Source: Catajapyx aquilonaris (Eukaryota). Taken from it: a DNA stretch of 64,000 nt. Shown here in pieces: positions 26,701 through 37,333 of the stretch. The notes beneath the pieces are model-generated. The model was given only the letters and a program-made list of their open reading frames with translations. It was not told where the DNA came from and did no database searches. How positions within the stretch are numbered: the stretch's first letter is position 1; each line of letters opens with the position of its first letter. Where the stretch lies: positions 1 to 64,000 of the forward strand of contig JYFJ02000166.1 of assembly GCA_000934665.2 (NCBI GenBank). Direction: 5' to 3'. Made by a program: the position numbers and the translations under genes.

Positions 26701-29700
26701 GTGAAGTGAGAATTCTCACCAGCAAGTTTGATCTCACCTAATTTGTCCACTCACAAGTCGGTGCTTTAATAAATTTCTGCGAATTGTCCAGCAAGTGACA
26801 GCAGAGTTTGCTCTATGTATTGACCAATACAAAACACCATTGCTGCAGCGCATGGCATCTCTGCACTATTATAAGGCAGAGAAGGCCCTGACCAGCGGCA
26901 GAAATTTTATCCATTGCATCCTGGTTTTGACCAGACAAATTGAGTGGGATTGAACAAATTGGTAAGAATTCTCATTACGATGCAGCATAGTGTTTGGCTG
27001 GGTGGCATGAGATGGGGAATGATGGGTTGATTACTGGCTAATAATACCCTAATACAGGAAGTACCAGTCAGGTACCAGTATTACGCCGCTCCATTTTACA
27101 CTGTTTCACGTTAACCCTGGTTTTAAAATTACACGTTTAAAAATTTTATCGGGAATATTTGAAAAATTTGAAGATAATAACAATCTAAACATAAACACAT
27201 TTCTGCAACACTTCTGAGTCCAAACACACTCGGAAGCGAACGGGTGGTCCGCCCCTGGCGGACCACGATGAAAGGGACTTAGAGTGATGATATAGGCCCT
27301 ATGTGGGGCCCGGGGTTTAAGGACCTACATGGTCTGGAATAACCCCGTTAATATCTGACGAAGTCCAAACACACAGCCGTAGAGGCTGTTCTTTTGTTTT
27401 TCCTGGTGCCTTGTGGCAGGTTCTATCGATATACAGGGTGATCCAACTCTATGGCACCAACAGTTATTGGAAAAATTGCACAAGCTGCTTGTTTATAAGC
27501 AGGTCGTTGCTAAGAGGTGCTATTCCTGATACTCCAGAAAGTATCTCTTAGCAAGGACCTGCATAAACAAGCAGCTTGCGCGATTTCTCCAATAACTGTT
27601 GGTGCCATAGAGTTGGATCACCCTGTATATAGTATCGTATTGTTAGTCTTGGCACTCCCCAAAGTACTCCAACCGTTGTTAAATACCCAACGTGTACTGC
27701 AATTCTTGCCAAAATAAGGAAAGGAGACCTCAGAACCCCGATGGTCCTCAACCTGGAACCTCCCATTAATCAATCTGTCAAATATTCAGCATAAAACAGC
27801 ATTAGTACTGCCTATGGAAATATTGTGGAAATGTTGGACCCTCTCTCATGTATCAACGGTTCAAAAAGAATTGTCCCTCGCGTCGAGCGGGCAGCCACGC
27901 GTCAGGATGAAAGCAACCAGTTAACTGGTTCCTTTCATCCTGACGCGTGGCTGCCCGCTCGACGTGAGGGACAATTCTTTTTGGACTGATGATACTTATA
28001 TTATAATTTTATCTCGTTTTACTCTGATTCACTTTCCGCCATGTTTTGCTGGAACCTGTAATAGGGCATTAGCACCTTGAGAGTGTTAGTAATTTTCCAG
28101 TTCTAACATGCAAAGCCCAATTTTGATGAATGTTCCTATTCCCAGCTATCGTAAGATGCTACAAGCAAAGGACCTGAGTTCCCGCAGTGAGAAGGACATG
28201 GCCGCCATCTTTGGCCACAGAGTGCTACAGGCAGAGGACAGCGCTGAAGGAGGGAGTGAGTCCAGCATCACTGGGAAAGAGGAAACATCTCATGGAGTCA
28301 CCACTGTCCACCGAGGATCTGTTCATGACTACTTTGCTGCCAAGATGGCTGCCAGAAAGAGGCGAGCATCTGGAGGAGGAACTACCAAGAGGAAGAGGGC
28401 AAAGCAGGAAGAGGAAGAAGATGCTAGTGATTCAGAGAGTGATGTTTCAGTCGGAAAGGATGAGAAGAAGGTAAGTTAGGTTCTTGAGGGATTTTAGCTG
28501 TCAAAGTAAAGAAACTACCGTATTACCTCACTTAAAGCGGCATGCTGGTGTAATCGAGGTATGCCAGTATAAGGCGAGGTTTTCTTAAGCACAGCATTAT
28601 CACAATCTCTCTGAAAAAATTATTGTTAATCAAATGAATGTATTACACCATGTTCTACGGTGGTCGGTAAATGGCGGACAAGCTTCAGGTAGCGAGATTC
28701 CTTGTGAAAAATCAGTACATGGAAGTGAAGGTCATATTGCTCTACGAGGCCTGGTTAGGGCTCACGAGGCCTCCAAAGTTTGGGCCAAATCATGACGTCA
28801 CATCCGCCCGCGAAATTCAAACACTACCGTATCGCTACCGTACGCGGTGTGTTGCTAGGCGCTGCCATGTTGACATCTACCACATGTTCACCAAACAATG
28901 GAACCGTATAAACTCGCCGGGACGTTGCCAGGAACTCGGCGACGACGGCATGGCAATGCCTGGCAACGTCCCGGCGAGTTCATACAGTTCCATTGTTTGG
29001 TGAACATGTGGTAGATGTCAACATGGCAACGCCTAGCAACACGCCACGTACGGTAGCGATACGGTAGTGTTTGAATTTCGCGGGCGGATGTGACGTCATG
29101 ATTTGGCCCAAACTTTGGAGGCCTCGTGAGCCCTAACCAGGCCTCGTAGAGAAATATGACCTTCACTTCCATATACTGATTTTTCACAAGGAATCTCGCT
29201 ACCTGAAGCATGTCCGCCATTTACCGACCACCCTGTATACAACCTAGAACACTTCTATTGCCTGACACATCCCCTGAGCAACAGTTTCAATTAAGAGTGC
29301 AATGCTGCAAGAAGGTAAGTATACATACCAGGATATTTCATACATTGGGTTTGGATTTTATTATCTGAGTAACGAAGCTTTTCAGATATACAGGGTGTAA
29401 ATGAATTCAGCCGACAAACTTGTAGGGGTAATAGAGGGGACCAAGACAAACATATTTGACATAGGAAACCGTGTCCGGAAACGCCATCTAGAGGGGGTTC
29501 ATAGATGAGGAACGGGTGCGTTCAGACGTGTCAGGCTGGCGGCGTTAGCGAGCGGACCGTTTAGTTGCTAGGTGGCAGGCGGATTGTACACACCTTCGCA
29601 TTTCGCCATAACCTGGCAACAACAGAGTTGTTGTTTATTATCTGCGCGCTACCTAGCATGCTGACTTTACTTGCTAGGTGGCTCTGTTGTTGCCAGGTTA

Positions 29701-32700
29701 TGGTGAATTGCAAAGTTGTGTACAATCCGCCCGCCACCTAGCAACTAAACGTCCGCTCGCTAACGCCGCCAGCCTGACGCGTCTGAGCGCACCCGTTCCT
29801 TGTCTATGAACCCCCTCTAGATGGCGTTTCCGGACACAGTTTCCTATGTCAAATATGTTTGTCTTGGTCCCCTCTATTACCCCTACAAGTTTGTCGGCCG
29901 AATTCATTTACACCCTGTATTGATACCACTATGCCTTTTGCATCAGATGAACTTGCATATTCTCACAGCCCTGTAGGCCTGTGCTCACACAATTTTCACC
30001 ATAACATTATGTTAGTACAGTACCAGATGCATTTCAAAAAATTTGACAAGGATCAAAATTATGGAAATCTACCCCTGTTATTGCGGCATACCGGCCACCC
30101 CCGGGTTATACCGGCATGCTGGTGGACCTCATTTTATACCAGCATGCAGCTTTCAGCAGGGCCAGACTTTGGCCTAGGCAAACTAGGCAGCTGCCTAGGG
30201 CTCCAGCTACGGAGAGGGCTCCTGGCGCCGAAGGCACTTTTTAAAATTATTTTGAAAACGCCGAACTAATTATATTATTAGTGTGAGTACAATCTCAGCT
30301 AAATTATAAAATAATTAGCTGTTACATTTTGTCACCATTTCTTGAAGTTGAAGAGTTACTGAAAATGCAAATCGTAAACTTGTAATTAAATGTCAGTTAA
30401 TTTTATAATGTGTGTAAAAAGGTACTTTTCGACAGTGCCAGCACGTGGGGGGGGGGGGGGGGGGGGGNGGGGGGGGAATGGCCGCCCCGCCTCTTGGGTT
30501 TGTACGATGTGTACCTTTTGTAGAGGTACACTGTTATGAAATTAGTATGTATTTTTGGCGTCAATTAGCAAGAACCTTAAAAATTAAATTTCGAGTTCTA
30601 GGTGGGGAGGCACTCATGGAGGTGACCCTGAGTTAGAGACGCAGCCCCCCTCTCTGGGCCCCAAAATTAGTAGGGGGCCCTGCTGAGGCTGTGTTGTATC
30701 ATGGATTTACTCTAATGCAACAGCCGAATCAGCCTCCCATACTATTCATTTGAAAAATAATTGAAAAGTGTTTGACCGCAAATATCTCACAAATAAAAAG
30801 TCCAAAATATTCATGCAAAGTGTCATTGGAGACCTTGTTTAAATATGTGTATCACATAAGAATGGCCACATTTGCTCTGATTCACAAATTAGAAAAGTTT
30901 TGTCATGGCCCTGCGAGATGAAGCCTATTTGAGAATTTCTGGGGAAGTAAATGTTCAATCTAAAAATTTCATTTTAAACCTTTGATGGTGCTGACATTTT
31001 CAGGTCGGCCTCTGGCTTTATGATGGTGTTATTTACGATTGTGTAATTGTAATTAAGACAAGAAAACCCAGGTATCATGTCTATTTGCAGTGGATTTTTT
31101 TTTTTTTTTTTTGTCAATTTCAATGTCAGAGTTGGGGCATTACTTCAGGCACGATAATAAAGTTATTTCTGGAAAATTTCTGGGCTGACCCAACCAAATT
31201 AGGCCATGTAGTCCATCAATTGACGCATTTTTGCAATATACTAATACTGTAGGCTACATAGTCGCATTGTCTTCACTCTTGCCTCCCCTTCCATCTTCTT
31301 ATCCTTTTCCTACCTCCTTTTTCCATGGCAAATACACAAGATAACTGGGTTTTGGTTCTGTCTTAATTACAATTAAATGATCACAAATAAGGCAATTGGA
31401 GAACCGAAGTCTGCAGCGAAAACGTTGGACCCATTGATAGTTAAAAAGGCAATTGTTTTGCTTGAAATCATTTGTAACAATGAGTCATAGAGCAAGGCCA
31501 GCTAAAATTTATAGCCTACTTTTCTTTCTCCATTCTCCGAGAAAAATTCGAGCTAGTAATGTAGTCTACTGGTATGTATAGGAATATAGGTGGATAAAAA
31601 TAGGATCTCGGCGGGCACCCGAGTTTGCCGTCCACCATCGCCTCTCCCACTTGAAGGTCAAAGTATGTTCAATAAAAATTAAGTTTTTAAAATCTATTAT
31701 AAAAAGGGGGGCCTGACAGGGCCCGACTTGGTTAACCGCCTGGGGGCCCCGGGGGCCTCAAGTTCGGCGCTGGCTTTAAGTGAGGTAATACGGTACATCA
31801 GTAAAAATCTAATGAGGTGGAAAATGTGTGTAACGCTTCCTGTGCAAAAGTCTGTTACTGTATATTCTATCAGTGGATTTTTTAAAGATGCAGCTGTTCT
31901 ATATACAGTGTATGTATACTCTATGTACATAAGTTAATTACCTATCAACCAGTTTTATGTCCTGTCTTAAGTGCATTGCCAGTAGGAAACTTGCCCACCA
32001 TTAGTACAGAATATGTGCTTTTAAGTACATTTATTGCAACAGCAGCTACAACTCTGGCCTTCCTTGTCTGGATTCTTTCCCTTACAATAAGTTATCTTCC
32101 TGTGCATTACTTTATTACACTGGCCCATTGGGAAACTCTGTGTGCCACAGAATAGTCTTTTAAAGAAAGGTGAACCCGTCAGGTCTCGATTTGTCAATTT
32201 GGACCAGATTTTGTCAAAGCTTCTATATTACTTTGTTGCCTGTAATTCAATAATGTGCATGCAACAACGAGGCAGGAAGATGGGCTAGGTATGCAGCAAA
32301 TGTTAAAGCTTTTTTAACTGGTTTATAGATGCCAAAGAGACACATTGTAACTTAACAACGCGGTCGGAGTTGGGCGGGCGGGGGGGGGNGGGGGGGGGGG
32401 GGGGGGGGGGGGGGGCGGCTCCCGACGCGGCGGTTGGCAACGTTGCGCCGCAAACAATCGGATGCCTTGATACTGCTGCCAGCCAAATTCGAATGCCTTC
32501 AGGGTTGCTTGATGAAGTGTCATTCTTTGGGTTAACGGACTGCAGCAACCATCATGGCTTTCATATTTCCCACCTCCTTCATTAATACTGTGGTCCCAGC
32601 ACTCGTCAGATCGGTTCGCGTGGCAGGGGTAACAAGGAGCCCTTTGTTGTGCTCTCCCGGAAACCGATTGTTTGCGACCGGTAGCCAACATGTTTGGAGC

Positions 32701-35125
32701 CCACCACGCCTTATCAACCCCGCCGCTTCGCTAGGTGCGGATAAACGATAGACTTTCCCTTAATCCAGCTGAGTGGGAAAATCAGCCTCTGATGAGGACA
32801 CAACATGAGGAGGGGCTTTCTGCACTGTTGTCACATGAGGAGGTAGCAACTTCTTGTCAAGATATACAGGGTGTCTCAAAATTAACTCTTCACTGGAATT
32901 TATGGCCCAAAAGTTCTGTGCAGTAAAGTACCATGAACCATGTTGTAGTAGTTCCCCTGGCAGATGTTGGAAATGTGTCCTGCTTTCAGTGTATCCCACA
33001 GATAATATTCCAGAGTAATAAATCAGGTTAGAGTAGTTCCACACAGGGTTATGTGATAGGCAAAAATATCCTCCAAGAGCTGGAGTGTATTGAAGAAGAC
33101 TGGTTCCAAGAGTATGATGCAACTGCACACACTGCCTCCTCGTCATTCCAGTTCTTGGAAGACATCTTTGGCAATTGCATAATCTTGGATGGAATCTGGC
33201 CTGCTTGGTCAATCCTGATCTGATTCCTTCAGAATATGAAGACCTCAGAGGAAGAACGACCAAGGTCTACTTTTTGTCAAAAATGGGTTACATATCCCAT
33301 AGGATAGTTTTACTAGTGTAGAATATGATGGTTTGGTCATGGTTTTGGAGTAATGATCCTAGTCCACTATGTAAGGCCCCAAACATACAATAGAAGGTTA
33401 TGGGTCTTCAAAGTTTGAAATTTCAATATCTCAGTTTCACCTGAAGTGGACCTTGATAGTTCTTCCCCGGCGGTCTTCATGTTATCTGTGGGGTGCACTG
33501 AGAGCATGTCCAAACATGTCTCCATGGCCACAGGGGACATTTCCAACGTAAGGGGTGTGAAAGCACATGAATAATATTCATGCACTTCCATGACACTGAC
33601 AAATGACAGTTTTGTACAGTATACCCATGACAAGCGGAAATAGCATGTGCCATGGAGTGTCAAAATGTTTGACCACCACCGATGTGTGTGTGTGTGTGAG
33701 TGAAAATGCTTGGAGAACAAGCCACGAAGAGCTCCTTCATCCTTTAACCCCCTCATTTCAGTTCTTATTTATTGTTGATCGTCTCATTTTAAGCCAGTGC
33801 CCTAAGTTTCACAGAACTGCAATGCTCTACACTACTTCCAAGCCCATTTGTACCCTATACTGTCACAGCAAAGTAGTCTGCATCATTATTTGCCTCTATT
33901 TATGTTCTCAGTGGTGAGCATGGCTGGACTGTTGATTGAACTGGATCAGCCATGGTCATGGAGACAGTGTCTGTCATGTCTCTCATGGTCCTGGATGTTT
34001 GGGTGAACTGTACAGCACTGTTTCTGCTCTACTGGTTAAGATGTGGTGGCCAATCACATATTGACATAAGCATAGCTTGTGACTGAATGTTTTGAAATTT
34101 GATGGTCCATTCTAATTTTGGTTGTAACCTTTTTGTGTGTGTGGAACTGTGCACAGTGGCCAAAATTGTCAGTGTCATGGAATCGTGAGAATCACCTTCT
34201 CACCTGTTCATTAATAAACATTTAATTTTGACATCTAGAACATTTTTATGGCAGCTACTATTAGGAGAGGCCCAATGATTTTGAGGTAGGCAAGTCCTCA
34301 GAGGGTATACAAAGGAGATGTGTCTAGAGATGGTTTTAGCAATTGCCCTAGTCTTAGTTTTAGTCCTCCTCACTTCTCTTCAGATGAAGTTTTACTATTT
34401 TTACTGGGAATTGCACGTGACATTATCAGAAGCAAAAGTGAACCGCAGTTTTTTCCTATCAACATTATAGGGTATTGTGGGGACTCAAGATGGACCTGCA
34501 CATGAGCTGACTGCATGAGATGAAAGGGGGGAAAGCAGTTTTTTTCCTATTGGGTTTATGAGTTATGATCATACTCAGGGGTTGAAATGGGAATTTGTTA
34601 TTTTTAAATGGTAGATCATGCTCACTTTTTAGTTGCATTATTCACTAAAACTTGTGTAACAAATTTCTTGTGTTTGCAGTCAGGATGACGTGCTAGTGAG
34701 GAACTTCATGCATATTGTGTGGTATTCATGTTCATATTATTACCATTTTAAATAAGTTTTTTCTCCCATAACTCTCTTGAAAGGAGGAAGACAGCAGCGA
34801 CTCATATGACAGTTCTGAGGATGAAGGTGTGGAATCACCTCAACTTCCTCCACTGAAGAAACCTGACGCATCCCAAGCCAGCTCTGAGGAGGACAACAGT
34901 GATGACTCAACTGTAATAGTTGAGACTAGTGATGAGGAAGAGGAGGAAGAGGAAGGAGAGGAGGAGGAAGAGGGTGCAACCTCTAAGACCAGGTCGATGG
35001 AGCAGCCCAGCACCCAGAATAACAGGACCACCTCCAACGGTGTCAACGGAGTCGATTATCAGTCAGCCAACTACCTCTTTCCAGGCTCAAACCTAGATAA
35101 TGTCAAAGGTTTTGGGGACTGGTAG
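23703..35125 (+). CDS. PINX1: G-patch protein PINX1 (PIN2/TERF1-interacting telomerase inhibitor; Pxr1/Gno1 family), 5 coding exons, ~342 aa
   Basis: Exons 23703-23784, 25792-25914, 25998-26154, 28146-28470, 34784-35125, with compatible phases (1029 nt). N-terminus LAETRRRRQKWTLNPRG, G-patch GQRMLQNMGWKPGQGLG, HQQEFNSLLRQLN and [36 protein letters not shown] match PINX1. The acidic last exon (ending FPGSNLDNVKGFGDW*) is linked by phase and position across a 6.3-kb intron and is less certain. Confidence 0.9.
24259..24504. mobile_element. Foldback MITE nested in the 24041-25434 element
   Basis: About 100-bp inverted arms: ccagtcaccagagg...ggtcgtacgagatggccaggtggattgta...cgacattttctgaag versus cttcggaaaatgtcg...tacaatccacctggccatctcgtacgacc...cctctggtgactgg. 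No clear TSD. Confidence 0.75.
24705..25413. mobile_element. hAT-like non-autonomous element inserted in the right TIR of the Tigger-like host
   Basis: 21-bp TIR tagagtcc(t/g)gatttttaggca; 8-bp TSD ctcataaa (24697-24704) / ctgataaa (25414-25421); subterminal aataggc and ggcacgaaa repeats. Confidence 0.85.
26706..26975. mobile_element. Old, degenerate foldback MITE in PINX1 intron 3
   Basis: gtgagaattctcacca...taatttgtc is imperfectly mirrored by gacaaattg...tggtaagaattctcat; similarity continues inward (aaatttctgc / gcagaaattt). Confidence 0.6.
27275..27366 (+). ncRNA. Candidate box C/D K-turn structured RNA (snoRNA-like) in PINX1 intron 3, sense strand
   Basis: Box C GTGATGA at 27284-27290, box D CTGA at 27355-27358, terminal stem GGACTT/AAGTCC, stem II GATAT/ATATC and two internal hairpins. 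Overlaps an insert flanked by 13-bp direct repeats. Confidence 0.45.
27434..27625. mobile_element. Tc1/mariner-type palindromic MITE
   Basis: TA|cagggtgatccaactctatggcaccaacagttattgga ... tccaataactgttggtgccatagagttggatcaccctg|TA; the arms cover almost the whole 192 bp. Confidence 0.9.
27850..27995. repeat. Spacerless near-perfect 146-bp palindrome (MITE-like)
   Basis: Symmetry centre at 27922/27923 (aaccagtt|aactggtt). Arms caaaaagaattgtccctcgcgtcgagcgggcagccacgcgtcaggatgaaag and its reverse complement. Confidence 0.85.
28658..29235. mobile_element. Tc1/mariner-type palindromic MITE, ~275-bp arms
   Basis: Right end ttaccgaccaccctg|TA; left end TA|c--ggtggtcggtaa (2-bp loss). Arms are nearly identical with a ~26-nt spacer at 28933-28958. 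Confidence 0.9.
29391..29917. mobile_element. Tc1/mariner-type palindromic MITE, ~235-bp arms
   Basis: TA|cagggtgtaaatgaattcagccgacaaacttg ... caagtttgtcggccgaattcatttacaccctg|TA. Confidence 0.9.
30157..31772. mobile_element. hAT-like non-autonomous element inserted in the right TIR of the CCGTA host
   Basis: TIRs cagggccagactt / aagttcggcgctg (10 of 13 match); 8-bp TSD gctttcag (30149-30156) / gctttaag (31773-31780); subterminal gcctagg and gggccc motifs. The interior contains an N join at 30468 and may hold further inserts. Confidence 0.8.
32867..33400 (-). pseudogene. Decayed Tc1/mariner transposase remnant ending in one TIR
   Basis: TIR TA|cagggtgtctcaaaattaact at 32867. Minus-strand frameshifted peptides VWGLT*WTRIITP, TLQLLEDIFAYHI and PDL..LEYYLWDTLKA resemble the VW..IIGP and SPDL.P.D..LW..LK motifs of these transposases. 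The second TIR was not found, so the end coordinate is approximate. Confidence 0.5.
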
Positions 35126-35757
35126 GAATCAATGGTGCAACTAAAACACACGAAATAATTTAAAGTTTTAAAAAAACAAAATTATGATAGGTCTGTGATT
35201 CTGTTCATAGGCTAGGTTTTAATTTTTGTTCAAAGTAGGTTAAGGCCTACTGGATTGCAATAAGACGTGTTAATTCTGTTAAGATGAGGAGTCATGTGTG
35301 TTATATGTAAAGTCATTTACTGTGCAAACTATGTAAATGAAAACCTTGAAATAAATAAGAAGTTTGTTGTACAGCCTAGTGTTGCAGGTACAAAATTGGG
35401 GGTTTATTCTTTTATAACTCACATTACAATGGTCTACACTGTTATACATTTCTCAAAATTCAAAACAAAGTCATGAACATATTTGTAGGCGAAGGTGACT
35501 AACTTCAATTACATAAAAAGAAGTGAATGCTGAATATTACCTGTCATTAATATAGGAACAAAATATACTGAACTTGAGGAGGAAAAAAAAGTCACCAAGC
35601 ACTAAAATTCATTGTGTAGGGGCCCACATAATATTAAACTTTTCATCCCACACCCAACCTCCACTGCCGCAAGGAACAATTTCCAACAGTCTTGATCTGT
35701 CACATATCACACATTTTTTTGCTTTTCACCCTCATTTTCGCTGTGAAAGCACGACTC

Positions 35758-36365
<608 letters not shown>

Positions 36366-36890
36366 CCTGACTGTTCTCGATGTACTTGCTGCTCTGAAAA
36401 ATTTACGAAATGCTCTTAATATTTACTATGCAGTGACAATTTAATCTCTCTTTACACCAATGATCACATTGCTTATGTTTGCGCCTTCATATTACCACTT
36501 CCACCAGATAATGGCACCTGTTGTTACAATATCAACGATTATATAAAAAATTCAACCAAGTTTTCACAATAGCTTTTTTTGCCCTTTGTAATGTACAGGT
36601 TGGTCCTCTCCCTGCAGAATTTGCTATGGTGAAATTTTGTTTACCTAGTTCTTCAGCTGATCAACTTTCCTACTGTTGCCCCGCCTCCCCGTTATCTGCG
36701 ATCTTGTTATCTGTCATTTACGCAGATAAATATTAGACAGATATTAATAAAAATACTCACTATTTAAAATCCACCATGTCTTTCATTACAGTACAGTAGG
36801 TCTACTGCAGCCATAATTATCCATACTTTATTGCTAATTATTGTTTGTTGATGTCTGAATTTGTACAGTTTGTAAATTAAGCTTATTATA

Positions 36891-37333
36891 CAGGGTGAAG
36901 GGAAACTCGCTGACAATCGCCAGGTAGACTGATAGTACTTGTAAAACTAATAATATAGTGATGTGCAATTAGTTTTCGGCTCTGTTACATTGTTAATGCA
37001 TACAGCGCCTTTTAAATGTGGAGGGCCGGATGCTAAAATATGAGGTGGGGAAAAAAGTGCACGGGTGTCGTACCCGGATTCTTACTCTGACGGGATGTGA
37101 TCACCTATTGCCCATGGACGATGTGTCAGCGGACCAAGGCCAGATTATTCGGAGGCCCTAGCTGGCTTTTGCTTCTTTGAAACTGGAGGAACAAATGTGA
37201 TGTCACGAAACTTTAAAAGGGTCGCACACATTAACTACGCAGAGTCGCTCAAAACTAATTGCACATCCCTATATTAGTTTTACGAGTACTATCAGTCTAC
37301 TTAGCGATTGTCCGCGAGTTTCTCTTCATCCTG
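36891..37333. mobile_element. Tc1/mariner-type MITE upstream of the LC3 coding region
   Basis: TA|cagggtgaagggaaactcgc-tgacaatcgc...gtagactgatagtact...gatgtgcaattagtttt is mirrored by aaaactaattgcacatc...agtactatcagtctac...gcgattgtccgcgagtttctcttcatcctg|TA; ~125-bp imperfect arms. Confidence 0.85.

Larger units (their letters stand above)
28518..31793. mobile_element. pogo/Tc2-like non-autonomous element (outer host of three nested inserts) in PINX1 intron 4
   Basis: TA|ccgtattacctcacttaaagcggcatgctggtgtaatcgaggt at the left. Its reverse complement is rebuilt by joining 30126-30148 to 31773-31793 (acctcattttataccagcatgca+gctttaagtgaggtaatacgg|TA). Confidence 0.85.

Noticed and set aside
28671..29220. 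Twin 110-aa ORFs on opposite strands (MADKLQVARF... / MADMLQVARF...)
   Set aside because: They are mirror images produced by the palindromic MITE; no recognisable protein motifs.
32360..32730. Poly-G tract (G-quadruplex, poly-Gly/Pro ORFs) with a weak inverted repeat (cgcaaacaatcgg / ccgattgtttgcg)
   Set aside because: The G run spans an N join and is probably artefactual; the inverted repeat may be an old MITE but its ends cannot be defined.
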